Shown: piece by piece, positions 54,982 through 64,000 of the stretch | How the letters are laid out: each line of letters opens with the position of its first letter | Numbering within the stretch: the stretch's first letter is position 1 | Assembly: GCA_964569425.1 (NCBI GenBank) | Contig: CAZMVD010000007.1 | Location: forward strand, 1,477-65,476 | DNA length: 64,000 bases | DNA from: an uncultured Phycisphaeraceae bacterium | Lineage (GTDB): Bacteria; Planctomycetota; Phycisphaerae; UBA1845 | Direction of reading: 5' to 3' | The notes under the pieces: model-generated | What the model was told of the DNA's origin: nothing | The model's database searches: none | Seen by the model: only the letters and a program-made list of their open reading frames with translations | Position numbers and translations under genes: made by a program

Positions 54982-55959
54982 ATGACCCGTACACGCGACT
55001 ACTACGAGATTCTGGGCGTGAAGCGCGAAGCCACGCCCGACGAGATCAAACGCGCCTATCGCGCGCTCGCCAAGCAGTACCACCCCGACCGCAATCCGGA
55101 GGACTCCACCGCCGAGGCGAAGTTCAAGGAAGTCCAGCAGGCCTATGCCACGCTCAGCGACGCGAAAAAGCGGCAGGAGTATGACCACTTCGGCGCCGCC
55201 GGTGTGGGTGAGTGGCGCAGCGGCCCGCAGGGGCAGCGTGTCTACCAGTGGGGCGGAGGCTCCACGATCAACGCCGAAGAGCTGGAGGAGCTGCTTTCCG
55301 CCTTCGGCAGCGGCGGCGGCGAACGGCCGAGCATTTTTGAGCAGTTTTTCGGCGGGTCCCAGCGGAGATCGCGCTCCGGCCGGGCGGGGTCACGGGCCGC
55401 CCCGCCGCAACGCGGTCGCGACGAAGAGCGACCGGTCGAGCTTACGTTCGACCAGGCGGTGCACGGCGCCGTGGTCACGGTGCGCCTGCACAGCAGCGGC
55501 AACGGCCGAACGGAAACCTTGGATGTGAAGATTCCCGCGGGCGTAGAGGATGGTCAGCGAATCCGTCTCAAGGGCAAGGCGCACGCGGGCGCCGGCGGTG
55601 GCGAAGCGGGCGATCTATACCTGGTTTGTCGTATTCGGCCGCATTCGTACTTTCGGCGGCAGGGGGCGGACATCTACCTCGACGTGCCGGTCAGCGTGGT
55701 CGAGGCCGCGCTGGGCGCCAGGATTGAAGTTCCCACGTTGGACGGCCCTACGGTGGTGACGCTTCCGCCGGGCACGCCGAGCGAAACGAAGTTGCGTTTG
55801 AAAGGCAAGGGGGTTTCGCGCGGCGCGGGGGAGCGGGGCGATCAACTGGTGGTGATTCGCATCGTTCCGCCTCGGACGTTGACAGCGGAGCAGCGGGAAC
55901 TGTGGGAAAAGCTGCGTGCGGCAGATACGACGGATCCACGCCATGCCTGTGGTTGGTGA
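54982..55959 (+). CDS. cbpA: DnaJ-class J-domain protein without a zinc finger (CbpA-like)
   Basis: [34 protein letters not shown]. Gly-rich linker. C-terminal DnaJ substrate-binding domains ([10 protein letters not shown]...GDLYLV). No CxxCxGxG repeats. Confidence 0.85.
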   Translation: MTRTRDYYEILGVKREATPDEIKRAYRALAKQYHPDRNPEDSTAEAKFKEVQQAYATLSDAKKRQEYDHFGAAGVGEWRSGPQGQRVYQWGGGSTINAEELEELLSAFGSGGGERPSIFEQFFGGSQRRSRSGRAGSRAAPPQRGRDEERPVELTFDQAVHGAVVTVRLHSSGNGRTETLDVKIPAGVEDGQRIRLKGKAHAGAGGGEAGDLYLVCRIRPHSYFRRQGADIYLDVPVSVVEAALGARIEVPTLDGPTVVTLPPGTPSETKLRLKGKGVSRGAGERGDQLVVIRIVPPRTLTAEQRELWEKLRAADTTDPRHACGW

Positions 55960-56368
55960 TCAATCCAAGAACTCGGAAGTGCCGGCGCCGCCGACCGCCG
56001 AACAGAACCGCACGCGCATCGGCATCGCGCTGCTGGTGTTGGGGTTGGTGATGGTGCTCTGGGCGTGGGGTAGCTGGGTTTATCGTCTTTCCGCGCAAGA
56101 GCGGGCGGTGGCCACGGTCGTAGCACCAGAACCGATGGATCCGACGGAACAGCAGCTTAAGGCGGCCGGCGGGATGCGCCTGTTGTTGATGGTGGTGCTG
56201 GTGCTGACGGTGGCGGTGCTGGCCGGCAGCTACGCGGTGCGGCGCGCCGGGCGGCGGTTCCGCGCCGCGGCGGAGCGCGCCCGGGCCGCTCCCACGACGT
56301 ACGACGACGTGTGGTCGAGACATCGCGTCCCGCCGATTCCCGATGCATCGGATGACGATGAACCTTGA
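55943..56368 (+). CDS. Hypothetical two-TM membrane protein
   Basis: ATG 55943 overlaps the J-protein end by 17 nt. TM helices [21 protein letters not shown] and [20 protein letters not shown]. Confidence 0.5.
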   Translation: MPVVGDQSKNSEVPAPPTAEQNRTRIGIALLVLGLVMVLWAWGSWVYRLSAQERAVATVVAPEPMDPTEQQLKAAGGMRLLLMVVLVLTVAVLAGSYAVRRAGRRFRAAAERARAAPTTYDDVWSRHRVPPIPDASDDDEP

Positions 56369-57101
56369 GGGCACCACAGCGCTGGTGACCGGTAGCGCGC
56401 GGCGTGTGGGCCGGGCGATTGCGCTGGAATTGGGCCGCGGCGGTTGTGACGTCGTGGTGCACTATCGCCGATCGGGTGCGGAAGCGGACACGGTTGTTTC
56501 GGAGATTATGGCGCTGGGTCGCCGTTCCACGGCGCTGGCGGCCGACCTTGCCGACGCCGAACTGTGGCCCGGCCTGATCGAGCGCGCCGTTGCCGCGTTC
56601 GGACGGCTGGATATCCTGGTCAACAATGCTTCCGAGTTTCTCTGCGGCGGCGCGGACACGATCGGCGATTTCGACGTAGAACGCTGGGAACGCATGTTGC
56701 GTGTCAATTTGACGGCCGCCGCTGCGCTGTGCCATCATGCGGCACCGCATCTTGGGGCACGCGGCGCAGGGCGCATTGTCAACATCTCTGACATCAGTGC
56801 GCAGCGCCCCTGGCCGCAGCATATTGCCTATTGCGTTTCCAAGGCCGGGCTCGACGCGCTCACGGCCGCACTGGCGCGGGCGCTGGCCCCGAAGATCAAT
56901 GTCAACGCTGTGGCACCGGGCATCGCGGTGTTTCCGGAGAGCTACTCTCGCGCGCTGCGTGCGGAACTCACCGGACGTGTGCCGTTGGGGCGCGAAGGAT
57001 CCCCCGAGCACATCGCCCGCGCGGTGCGCTACCTGGTCGAGCACGGCGACTACATCACCGGTGAAGTACTCCGTATTGACGGCGGCCGTCACCTGACTTG
57101 A
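56358..57101 (+). CDS. SDR family oxidoreductase (pteridine reductase-like)
   Basis: ALVTGSARRVGRAIALEL, LVNNAS, YCVSKAGLDAL (YxxxK), ITGEVLRIDGG. Confidence 0.85.
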   Translation: MNLEGTTALVTGSARRVGRAIALELGRGGCDVVVHYRRSGAEADTVVSEIMALGRRSTALAADLADAELWPGLIERAVAAFGRLDILVNNASEFLCGGADTIGDFDVERWERMLRVNLTAAAALCHHAAPHLGARGAGRIVNISDISAQRPWPQHIAYCVSKAGLDALTAALARALAPKINVNAVAPGIAVFPESYSRALRAELTGRVPLGREGSPEHIARAVRYLVEHGDYITGEVLRIDGGRHLT

Positions 57102-57189
57102 ACCCTGGCGCCCTTTGATCTGCGGTCCGATGTGCGTACATTGACGCCCCAGGCGTGGTAACGGGTCCCGGGAAGGCCAGGAATGCAGC

Positions 57190-58977
57190 ATGACCAGCCC
57201 GCAGGCGATCGTCTTCGGCACACTCGTGCTGGCACTGCTGTTCTTCGCACACGGCAGGTGGCGCTATGACCTGGTTGCGTTGATGGCGCTGCTGACCTTG
57301 TGCGTGGCCGGCATTGTGCCCGCGGATCGGGCCTTTCTGGGCTTCGGGCACCCCGCGGTGGTTACTGTGGCCGCAGTGCTTGTCATATCCGCCGGCATGC
57401 GTACCGCGGGCGTGGTAGACGTTCTGGGCAACGTGCTGGCTCGCATTGGCAAACGCGAGATGGTGCAGGTCGTCGTGCTGACCGCGCTGGTTGCGCTTTG
57501 CTCCGGCTTTATGAACAACGTCGGCGCGCTGGCGATCCTGATGCCGGTGGCCATCCACATGGCCCGCAGTGCGGGTAGATCCCCCTCCTACCTGCTCATG
57601 CCGTTGGCCTTCGGGTCTTTGCTTGGCGGGCTGACCACGCTGATCGGCACGCCACCGAACATCATCATCGCCGCCGTTCGCGCTGACGCGGGTCACGCTC
57701 CGTTCGGGATGTTCGACTTCGCCTGGGTCGGCGCGGGCGCAGCGCTTGTCGGCGTCTTGTTCATCGGGCTGATCGGATGGCGCCTCATACCCCTGCGGCA
57801 GGGCGGCAGTTCCGTCGAGGCTCTCTTCGAAATCGACAAGTACACCGCCGAACTGCGCGTCGCTGACAAGTCCAAGGCCGCGGAATTGACGATTCGTCAA
57901 GTGGGGCAGGCGGTCGACGCCGACTGCGCCATCATCGGTCTCGCTCGGGGCAAGCGGCGGATTTCGATGCCCCACTCGAACCAGCACCTGACCACCGGTG
58001 ACATCATCCTCGTCGAAGGGGACGCCGAATCGATCAAGTCTCTGGCCGACGAAATGGAACTCGAACTGGTCGGCGACGACGAACTCCGCCAGGAATTGCT
58101 CAAGTCCGATGCTGTCGAAGTGATGGAGGCGATTGTCAAGCCCGAGTCGCTTGCGGAACGGCGCAGCGCCGGACGACTCAACCTGCGCCGCCGCTTCGGT
58201 GTGAACCTGCTGGGCGTTGCGCGCCAGGGCCAGCGGCTCAAACAGCGGCTCCGCGACGTCAGCTTCCGTGCCGGTGATATCCTCTTGCTTCAGGGCGACA
58301 GTCAGGCGCTCGGTCAGGCGGTTGCCGATCTCGGGTTGTTGCCGTTGGCGGTGCGTGGGCTCCAGATCGGGCGGCGGCCGCGCGTGTGGCTGGCGCTCGG
58401 GCTGTTTGCCGTCGCGTTGGCGTTCACCACGGCCGGCTGGTTGTCGGTGCAGATCGCCCTCGCCCTGTGTGCGACGGCGATGGTGTTGTTCAAGTTGCTG
58501 ACCCTTCGGGAAGCCTACCAGTCTGTGGATTGGTCGGTGATCGTGCTGCTGGGGGCGATGATTCCTGTGGGAGAGGCGATGGAATCGACCGGCGGCGCAC
58601 AGTTGGTGGCCGGCGGTCTGCACCGGTTGGCCGGCGATCCTCCTATTTCTTTCGGTATCGGCGCGCTGCTGGTCGTGACGTCGCTGTTGTCCAATGTGAT
58701 CAATAACGCCGCGGCCGCTGTGCTCATGGCGCCGATCGCCATGGGCGTCGCGACGGCGATGTCCGCCTCCGCCGACCCTTTTCTGATGGCCGTGGCGTTT
58801 GGCGCGTCCTCCGCGTTCTTGACACCCATCGGGCACCAGTCGAACACGCTGGTCATGGGGCCCGGAGGATATCACTTCAGTGACTACTTTCGATTGGGTT
58901 TGCCGGTTTCGCTGATTACTTGGATTGCAGGGCTCCCTTTGATACTTCTTTGCTGGCCGCCTTTTCCGTCACATTGA
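57190..58977 (+). CDS. SLC13/DASS-type permease with two internal TrkA-C domains
   Basis: Multiple TM helices flank two RCK-C-like segments (LRVADKSKAAELTIRQV...GDIILVEGD and VKPESLAERRSAGRLNLRRRFGVNLLGVARQG...GDILLLQGD). Confidence 0.8.
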   Translation: MTSPQAIVFGTLVLALLFFAHGRWRYDLVALMALLTLCVAGIVPADRAFLGFGHPAVVTVAAVLVISAGMRTAGVVDVLGNVLARIGKREMVQVVVLTALVALCSGFMNNVGALAILMPVAIHMARSAGRSPSYLLMPLAFGSLLGGLTTLIGTPPNIIIAAVRADAGHAPFGMFDFAWVGAGAALVGVLFIGLIGWRLIPLRQGGSSVEALFEIDKYTAELRVADKSKAAELTIRQVGQAVDADCAIIGLARGKRRISMPHSNQHLTTGDIILVEGDAESIKSLADEMELELVGDDELRQELLKSDAVEVMEAIVKPESLAERRSAGRLNLRRRFGVNLLGVARQGQRLKQRLRDVSFRAGDILLLQGDSQALGQAVADLGLLPLAVRGLQIGRRPRVWLALGLFAVALAFTTAGWLSVQIALALCATAMVLFKLLTLREAYQSVDWSVIVLLGAMIPVGEAMESTGGAQLVAGGLHRLAGDPPISFGIGALLVVTSLLSNVINNAAAAVLMAPIAMGVATAMSASADPFLMAVAFGASSAFLTPIGHQSNTLVMGPGGYHFSDYFRLGLPVSLITWIAGLPLILLCWPPFPSH

Positions 58978-59296
58978 CTTCGTCGGCCAGTGGATGCCCG
59001 GGCCCGCCCGTCTCGTGGGTTAATGCCGTTGCCAACAGTCGCTTGGTGCGGAAATACCGTTGCCAGCCGCGGAGTGCAATCACGGCACCGCCCAGCACGA
59101 ACGCCACGCCTGCCCCCCGAATCGACAACGATTCGAAGAACTTCACCAGCGATCCGCCGACCACGGCGAGTGCCAGCGCCGTCCGCCCGTACGCGAGCAA
59201 CGTACGTTCATTGGCCATCACCGTACGGTCGATCGCCAGGTAATCGCTCAGGGAGAGGCGCTGTCCGCGAAACCGACTATAGGGAGATCGATCCAT
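58916..59296 (-). CDS. DUF202 (YidH-like) membrane protein
   Basis: LAIDRTVMANERTLLAYGRTALALAVVG is the DUF202 hallmark. Three predicted TM helices. Confidence 0.8.
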   Translation of the reverse strand: MDRSPYSRFRGQRLSLSDYLAIDRTVMANERTLLAYGRTALALAVVGGSLVKFFESLSIRGAGVAFVLGGAVIALRGWQRYFRTKRLLATALTHETGGPGHPLADEVNVTEKAASKEVSKGALQSK

Positions 59297-59604
59297 GCAC
59301 CATCCACTCCGACCGTTCGACGGTTGCGAATCCTATCGTGACCGGCCGACAAGGTGAAATCTGCGTATGCCGATATCAGTTGGTAGTGCGACCTGGGGCC
59401 AATCCGCGGGGCATGCTCGGCCCGCCATTGTGATTCGTAGCGACCATGACCTGTTCGCCTTTGGAACTCAGCCTGTGCGAGTGTCGGAGCCCTTGGTCCC
59501 GGTACCTCGTCTTGCGGCGTTTCAGGTTAAACTCCCGGGAGCGTTCGTACGGTCTGCCTGGTCCTGTTTGCAGGCAGGTTCCGGCGGATATGCCCGGCGG
59601 GAAA

Positions 59605-61812
59605 CTACTCGTTGCGGGTAGCGGATCTTCGCTCGCCCAGGAGTCGGTCGGCGCCGACCAGCAGCAGCACCACGGCGAGCCCCGTGAAAGTCAACATGGC
59701 GAAGCCGTCGGACGCGGCCCACCCGCCCAGCCATTGCGGGCCGACGTTGAGGTGCTTGACCCAGTCGGGGCGCAGGCCGATCAGCGCGACGATGATGCCC
59801 GCGATGGTGCCACCGGCGATGTAGCCGGAAGAAAGCAGCACGCCGGAACTCATGTCGCCCTCGGCGGCGCCGCGCCGGCTCCAGCGATCGGCGAGCCAGC
59901 GGATCATGCCGCCGCAGAAAATCGGGGTGGACGACGAAAGGGGCAGGTACACGCCGACAGCGAAGGGCAGGGAGGGCACGCCGGCCAGTTCGAGCACCAC
60001 GGCAATGGCCACGCCGAGCAGCACCAGGCCCCAGGGAAGTTTCTGGGTGAGGATGCCGTCGACGATGAAGGCCATGAGCGCGGCCTTGGGGGCGCTGAAC
60101 TTTTAGACGGCGCTGCCGTCGTCGCGCTGCCTGAGTCGGCCGTTGATGCCGGGATCGACGAGGTAGCGGATTTCACCGGCGTCATCGACGAGGTACTTGC
60201 CGGCGGGGACGCCGGGGATCTGGCCGGCACGGGCCTGTAAGACGCGGTACGCCGCGGGGTCTTCCTCGGCGTAAGTCCCGCCGACGCGCTCGGGATCCTT
60301 GAGGAGCGTGGCGTCGATGGTGACGGCGGGCAGGTCCTTTTTGGAATAGACGGTCGCGGAGTTGTTGAGCAGCAGCAGCGTGACGCCGATGACCATGGCC
60401 GAGGTGAGGGCGCCGACGAGCAGGCCGATCTGCTGCGAGCGCGGCGTGGCGCCGACGAGGTAGCCGGTCTTGAGGGATTGGGCCACGGCGCCGCCGCTGG
60501 AAGAGGCGATGCACACAATGGCGGCAATGGTCAGCGCGGTGAGTCGATAGCCTTCGCCGGTCCAGCCGAGCAGCACGAAAATCAGGCAGGTGAGCAGCAG
60601 CGTGGCGACGGTCATGCCGGAGATGGGGTTGGAGGAGGAGCCGATCTCGCCGGTGAGCCGCGCGGAGACGGTGACAAAGAGAAACCCGAAGAGCACGATC
60701 AACCCGGCGCCGACGGGGTTCATGTTGAGCATGGGCGCCAGGGAGATGGCCAGAATCAGGCCGAGGGAGCCGAAGAGGACGATGCGCATCGAGAGATCGC
60801 GTTCGAAGCGGGAGGCGGTGGCGGCCAGGGCGCCCGCCTTGCGCGCGGCGATGTCGCGCAGGCCCGAGCCGATCGAGCCGAAGATCATCGGCAGGGAGCG
60901 GACCATGCTGATGATGCCGCCGGCGGCGACGGCGCCGGCGCCGATGAAGAGGACGTAGTCGTGCCAGATTTCGTCCAGGGTCATCTCACGGATGGGTTTG
61001 ACGGCGGGGAACACGGCTTCGGGAAGCGCTTCGCCGAAATAGACGATCATGGGAATGAGGACCAGCGAAGCAAGCACGCCGCCGCCGACCATGATGCAGG
61101 CGATGCGCGGGCCGATGACGTAGCCGACGCCGAGCAGCGCGGGCGAGGCTTCGAGCGCCACCGCGGCGCCCTTGAACTCGAACCCGCCGAACTTGAGCAG
61201 GCGGCTCGGAATCGACGGCCACAGGCGCAGCGCTTTTTCCAACAACAGGTAGAAGAACCCCAGCCCGAAGCCGGCAAAGACGGTCTTGGCGGAGGCACCG
61301 CCCTTTTCGCCGACGATGAGCACCTCGGCGCAGGCGAGACCCTCGGGATACATCAGACGTCCGTGCTGTTGCACGATGAACACGCGGCGGAGGGGGATCA
61401 TCATGAGCACGCCGAGCAGCCCGCCGAGGGTGGCGACGAGCATGACACGCGAAAGTTCGATGTTGTAGCCGAGGATGAGCAGTGCCGGCATGGTGACACC
61501 GACGCCGAAGGCGATGGATTCGCCGGCGGAGCCGGTGGTCTGGACCATGTTGTTTTCGAGGATGGTGGCGTTGCGTCCGAAGAGCGGCGTGAAGGCGCGG
61601 AACAGGGTGATGGAGAGCACGGCGATGGGGATCGAGGCCGAAACGGTCATGCCGACCTGGAGGACGAGGTAGGTGGACGATGCGCCGAAGACGATGCCCA
61701 GCAGCGCGCCGACGACGATAGGCGCCCAGCCGAACTCGGGCATGATGGTCGCGGCGGGGACGTAGGGCTTGTGGGGGGCGGGGGCGGGCGGGACTGCGGA
61801 GGGTTCGTGCAT
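59605..61812 (-). pseudogene. OPT-family oligopeptide transporter interrupted by one in-frame TAA (60103-60105)
   Basis: ORFs 60103..61812 and 59605..60075 are in the same frame (61812-60075=1737=3x579). Read-through gives ...[39 protein letters not shown], a continuous OPT-like sequence. Confidence 0.75.
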
Positions 61813-62001
61813 GCGAAACTCCTGTGCGTCTACAGGTGGGGGGAACCGATCCGTTGGCGTGGCAGTTTGCCGGGGCCGGGGTGGTTTCGCAAGGCATTCG
61901 GCGCAGGTTATTCAAACCGGCAAGGCGGGTTGACAATTTCCCGGGATTCGGTTCAGATACGCGGCTCGTTTGCCGGGGCCAAGCCCCATGGGAGAGCTTG
62001 A

Positions 62002-62319
62002 ATGTTTGCGATCATCAGTGACGGCGGAAACCAGTACAAGGTCGAAGAAGGTCTGGTGTTCGAGGTGCAGCGGCGGGACCTGCCGGAGGGCGCCACCAGC
62101 CTCGATTTCGACCGCATCCTGATGGTCGGCAACGTGGAGGGCGGCCCGAAGATCGGCACGCCGATCGTCGAAGGCGCCAAAGTCACCACCACGGTGGTGC
62201 AGGAGCTGAAGGGTGACAAGATCGTCATTCGCAAGTTCCGGCGGCGGAAGAACTATTCGCGCAAGCAGGGCCACCGGCAACAATACCTGCAACTCAAGGT
62301 CGAGAAGATCCACGTCTGA
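62002..62319 (+). CDS. rplU: 50S ribosomal protein L21
   Basis: MFAIISDGGNQYKVEEG...GDKIVIRKFRRRKNYSRKQGHRQQYLQLKVEKI. Confidence 0.97.
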   Translation: MFAIISDGGNQYKVEEGLVFEVQRRDLPEGATSLDFDRILMVGNVEGGPKIGTPIVEGAKVTTTVVQELKGDKIVIRKFRRRKNYSRKQGHRQQYLQLKVEKIHV

Positions 62320-62485
62320 CGCGGCCGCAAGGGCCGTTTGCTGAATGAGGAATGTGCCAGCGCACGTTCCGCAGACAGTTCGATCACGCCGGCACGGTAA
62401 TCAAGAACCCGCGGCACCGGCGGGCATCGTTCGCCATGAAACCAGGGGCGTTGACGGCACCGGGCGACTGACGGCCGGTGCGGGG

Positions 62486-62932
62486 CTATTTCGGGTCGGG
62501 CTCAGGTTGCGCTTCCGCCTGGGTGCGGGTTTCGATGGCACGGTCGAGCAGTTCCTGCTGTTCGGGGAGCTTGCGGGGCTGGAGGACGAAATGGCGGGCG
62601 TGCACGTCGTGGATTTTGCCGGGCCAGAGGACTTCCGCGAAGAAATCGAAGGGGATGACCTGGTACCATGGGGCCTTGATCTGCCAGTTGGTCTTGAGGG
62701 TTTCGTAGTCTTCGTGACGAATGACGACGTCGTAATCGCCGTACCAGAGGAAATCGACGGTCACTTCGCTGCGGCCGACTTCCTGGTCGTTGAGGAAGAC
62801 GAGGGCGTGAGGCGGCTCAGTGGTGATGGTCAACGTGCGGCGGACGCAGCCGGAGGCGGCGAGGGCGCAGAGCAGGCAGGCGGGCAAGGCGAGCCGGCGG
62901 AATAGTCTTGATGCGATCATGTGCTGGTGCAT
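62486..62932 (-). CDS. PEGA-domain lipoprotein
   Basis: Lipobox LLCALAASGC. TITTEPPHALVFLNDQEVGRSEVTVD is PEGA-like. ATG 62932 chosen because the longer ORF-track N-terminus is Pro/Ser/Thr junk. Confidence 0.65.
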   Translation of the reverse strand: MHQHMIASRLFRRLALPACLLCALAASGCVRRTLTITTEPPHALVFLNDQEVGRSEVTVDFLWYGDYDVVIRHEDYETLKTNWQIKAPWYQVIPFDFFAEVLWPGKIHDVHARHFVLQPRKLPEQQELLDRAIETRTQAEAQPEPDPK

Positions 62933-63107
62933 GGGGCTGCCCGGGATATCGTCATGCCCGCGGCCCAGCCGCAGGATACCGCGCTGACGGGGGGATAATA
63001 CCGGTGGGAGGGGAGTATTTGAAGGGGGGCGGCGAATGTCGAGTGGCGATTCAGGAATGGCGAGTGAAAAAACGATGGCGGCGAAACGAGTACGCCGCCA
63101 AGGAGGG

Positions 63108-63593
63108 TCAGTGTTCGTGGGGCAGGTCGAGGATTTCGGCGGTGAGGGTGTTGAGGTCGATGAGGGCGGCGGTGCAGCGGCCGGAGACCCAGCCGCAGCA
63201 TTCGCCGGGGTTGAGGAAAAGTTTGCCGTCGCGGGTTTCGAGGCCGGCCTGGTGAGTGTGGCCGGTGATGATGATGTCGGCGCGGGCGACATTGTCGGCG
63301 GTGCACCAGTCGATGAAGTGGTGGACGAGGATGGACCGGGCGGCGAGGGAGACAAATAGCGGGCCGTCCTGGAGCTGGGGGAGGAGGGTCTTGAGGCCGG
63401 CACGTTCGCCGTCGTTGTTGCCATAGGTGGCATAAAGGGGGCCGGGGTAGCGGAGCAGGCGGCGGACGGCGAAGGGGGCGACGAAATCGCCGGCGTGGAT
63501 GACGGCCTTGACGTGGCGGCGGTCGAACAGCTCGAGCGCGGCGTCGATCAGGGGGAGGCGGTCGTGAGTGTCCGCGAGGACGCCGATGAGCAC
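63108..63593 (-). CDS. YfcE/MJ0936-family metallophosphoesterase
   Basis: MLIGVLADTHD, IHAGDF, TYGNNDGE, IITGHTHQ, FLNPGE motifs. Confidence 0.88.
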   Translation of the reverse strand: MLIGVLADTHDRLPLIDAALELFDRRHVKAVIHAGDFVAPFAVRRLLRYPGPLYATYGNNDGERAGLKTLLPQLQDGPLFVSLAARSILVHHFIDWCTADNVARADIIITGHTHQAGLETRDGKLFLNPGECCGWVSGRCTAALIDLNTLTAEILDLPHEH

Positions 63594-63636
63594 TTTGATA
63601 TCTCCCGATTCAAAACGCCCGACGGGGTGGGCGCGG

Positions 63637-64000
63637 TCAGGCGCGGCCGAACATGTACTGATGCAGGTATTCGATGGTGGCCTGCTGGTCGGAGGTTTCG
63701 CTGGCGAGAATGTCTCCGATGGAGATGAGGCCGTAGAGGTGACCGTCCTCGACCACGGGCAGGTGGCGGATGCGCTTGGAGGTCATGACGGACTTGCATT
63801 CGGCGAGTCGGGTGTTTCGTCGGCAGCAGGCCATGGGGGAGGTCATGACGTCGCCGACGGGGGTGGCGGCGGCGTCTTTGCCGGCGGCGACGATGCGGCA
63901 GAGGATGTCACGTTCGGTGAAGATGCCGACGACGTTCGCACCGCTGGTGACGACGAGGGCGCCGATGCGGCGCTCGTTCATGATCTTGGCGGCGTCGAGG
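63637..64000 (-). CDS. CBS domain-containing protein (5' end beyond the window)
   Basis: RRIGALVV...VGIFTERDIL and IRHLPVVEDGHLYGLISIGDIL CBS motifs. The frame stays open upstream of the first ATG to base 64000 (..LDAAKIMNERR). Confidence 0.8.
   Translation of the reverse strand, partial: LDAAKIMNERRIGALVVTSGANVVGIFTERDILCRIVAAGKDAAATPVGDVMTSPMACCRRNTRLAECKSVMTSKRIRHLPVVEDGHLYGLISIGDILASETSDQQATIEYLHQYMFGRA

Noticed and set aside
58916-58977. 62-bp convergent overlap of the SLC13 permease and DUF202 genes, and the 16-bp overlap at 52444-52459
   Set aside because: Both partners have convincing family signatures to their ends. Short 3'-3' overlaps are common in compact GC-rich genomes, so no special meaning is inferred.
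1789-62001. Many very long ORFs on the strand opposite the called genes (e.g. 1789..3294-, 3486..5666-, 8591..11038-, 12065..14647-, 16459..18222-, 22193..23362+, 23122..24468+, 30453..31688+, 32346..33716+, 33792..35501+, 57055..58875-, 60478..62001+)
   Set aside because: Their translations are Arg/Pro/His/Gly-rich with no recognisable motifs. Each mirrors a gene with clear family signatures on the other strand, which is the typical stop-codon-poor antisense frame of GC-rich DNA.
1-64000. Looked for CRISPR arrays, rRNA/tRNA genes, transposases, integrases, phage genes and toxin-antitoxin pairs
   Set aside because: I saw no regularly spaced direct repeats, no rRNA/tRNA signatures and no DDE, tyrosine- or serine-recombinase motifs in any credible ORF. 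The only mobile-looking feature is the ORF-less 219-bp inverted-repeat element.

Overview
GC-rich bacterial chromosomal window, about 50 genes. The gene content (large exported repeat proteins, Ser/Thr kinase and FHA signalling, PEP-CTERM proteins) would fit a Planctomycetota-like organism, but that is only a guess. All calls come from reading the ORF translations and the DNA by eye; no searches were run.

Bases 1-20965 hold the distal part of a type II secretion / type IV pilus-like envelope operon:
- a gspK-like minor pseudopilin;
- a GspL/PilM-PilN-like protein;
- a GspM/PilO-like protein;
- a roughly 3,000-aa exported protein made almost entirely of tandem secretin N-domain units, with no beta-barrel, and split into two ORFs at a G12 homopolymer;
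- a MITE-like inverted-repeat element;
- a 1,500-aa secretin with about 12 N-domain units plus the barrel;
- two translationally coupled lipoproteins.

This 'mega-secretin' pair is the most unusual thing here. Both breaks in the array (the G12 frameshift and the gene boundary) fall in the same linker of a repeat unit.

The rest is mostly housekeeping:
- rnd and yebC;
- a nusA-infB-DUF503-rbfA operon with three extra genes riding in it;
- purD, truB, mscL, kynA, rplU, a CbpA-like J-protein and an SLC13 permease.

It also contains accessory-looking modules:
- a TetR repressor with two 18-bp palindromic operators next to an internally duplicated lipoprotein;
- a Ser/Thr kinase-CHASE2 fusion with a coupled lipoprotein;
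- an FHA-GAF-PP2C phosphatase;
- two PEP-CTERM proteins;
- a Cys-rich repeat protein;
- an OPT transporter interrupted by one in-frame TAA.

I saw no rRNA, tRNA, CRISPR array, transposase or integrase. Many long ORFs in the track are antisense artefacts of high GC content and are not reported as genes.
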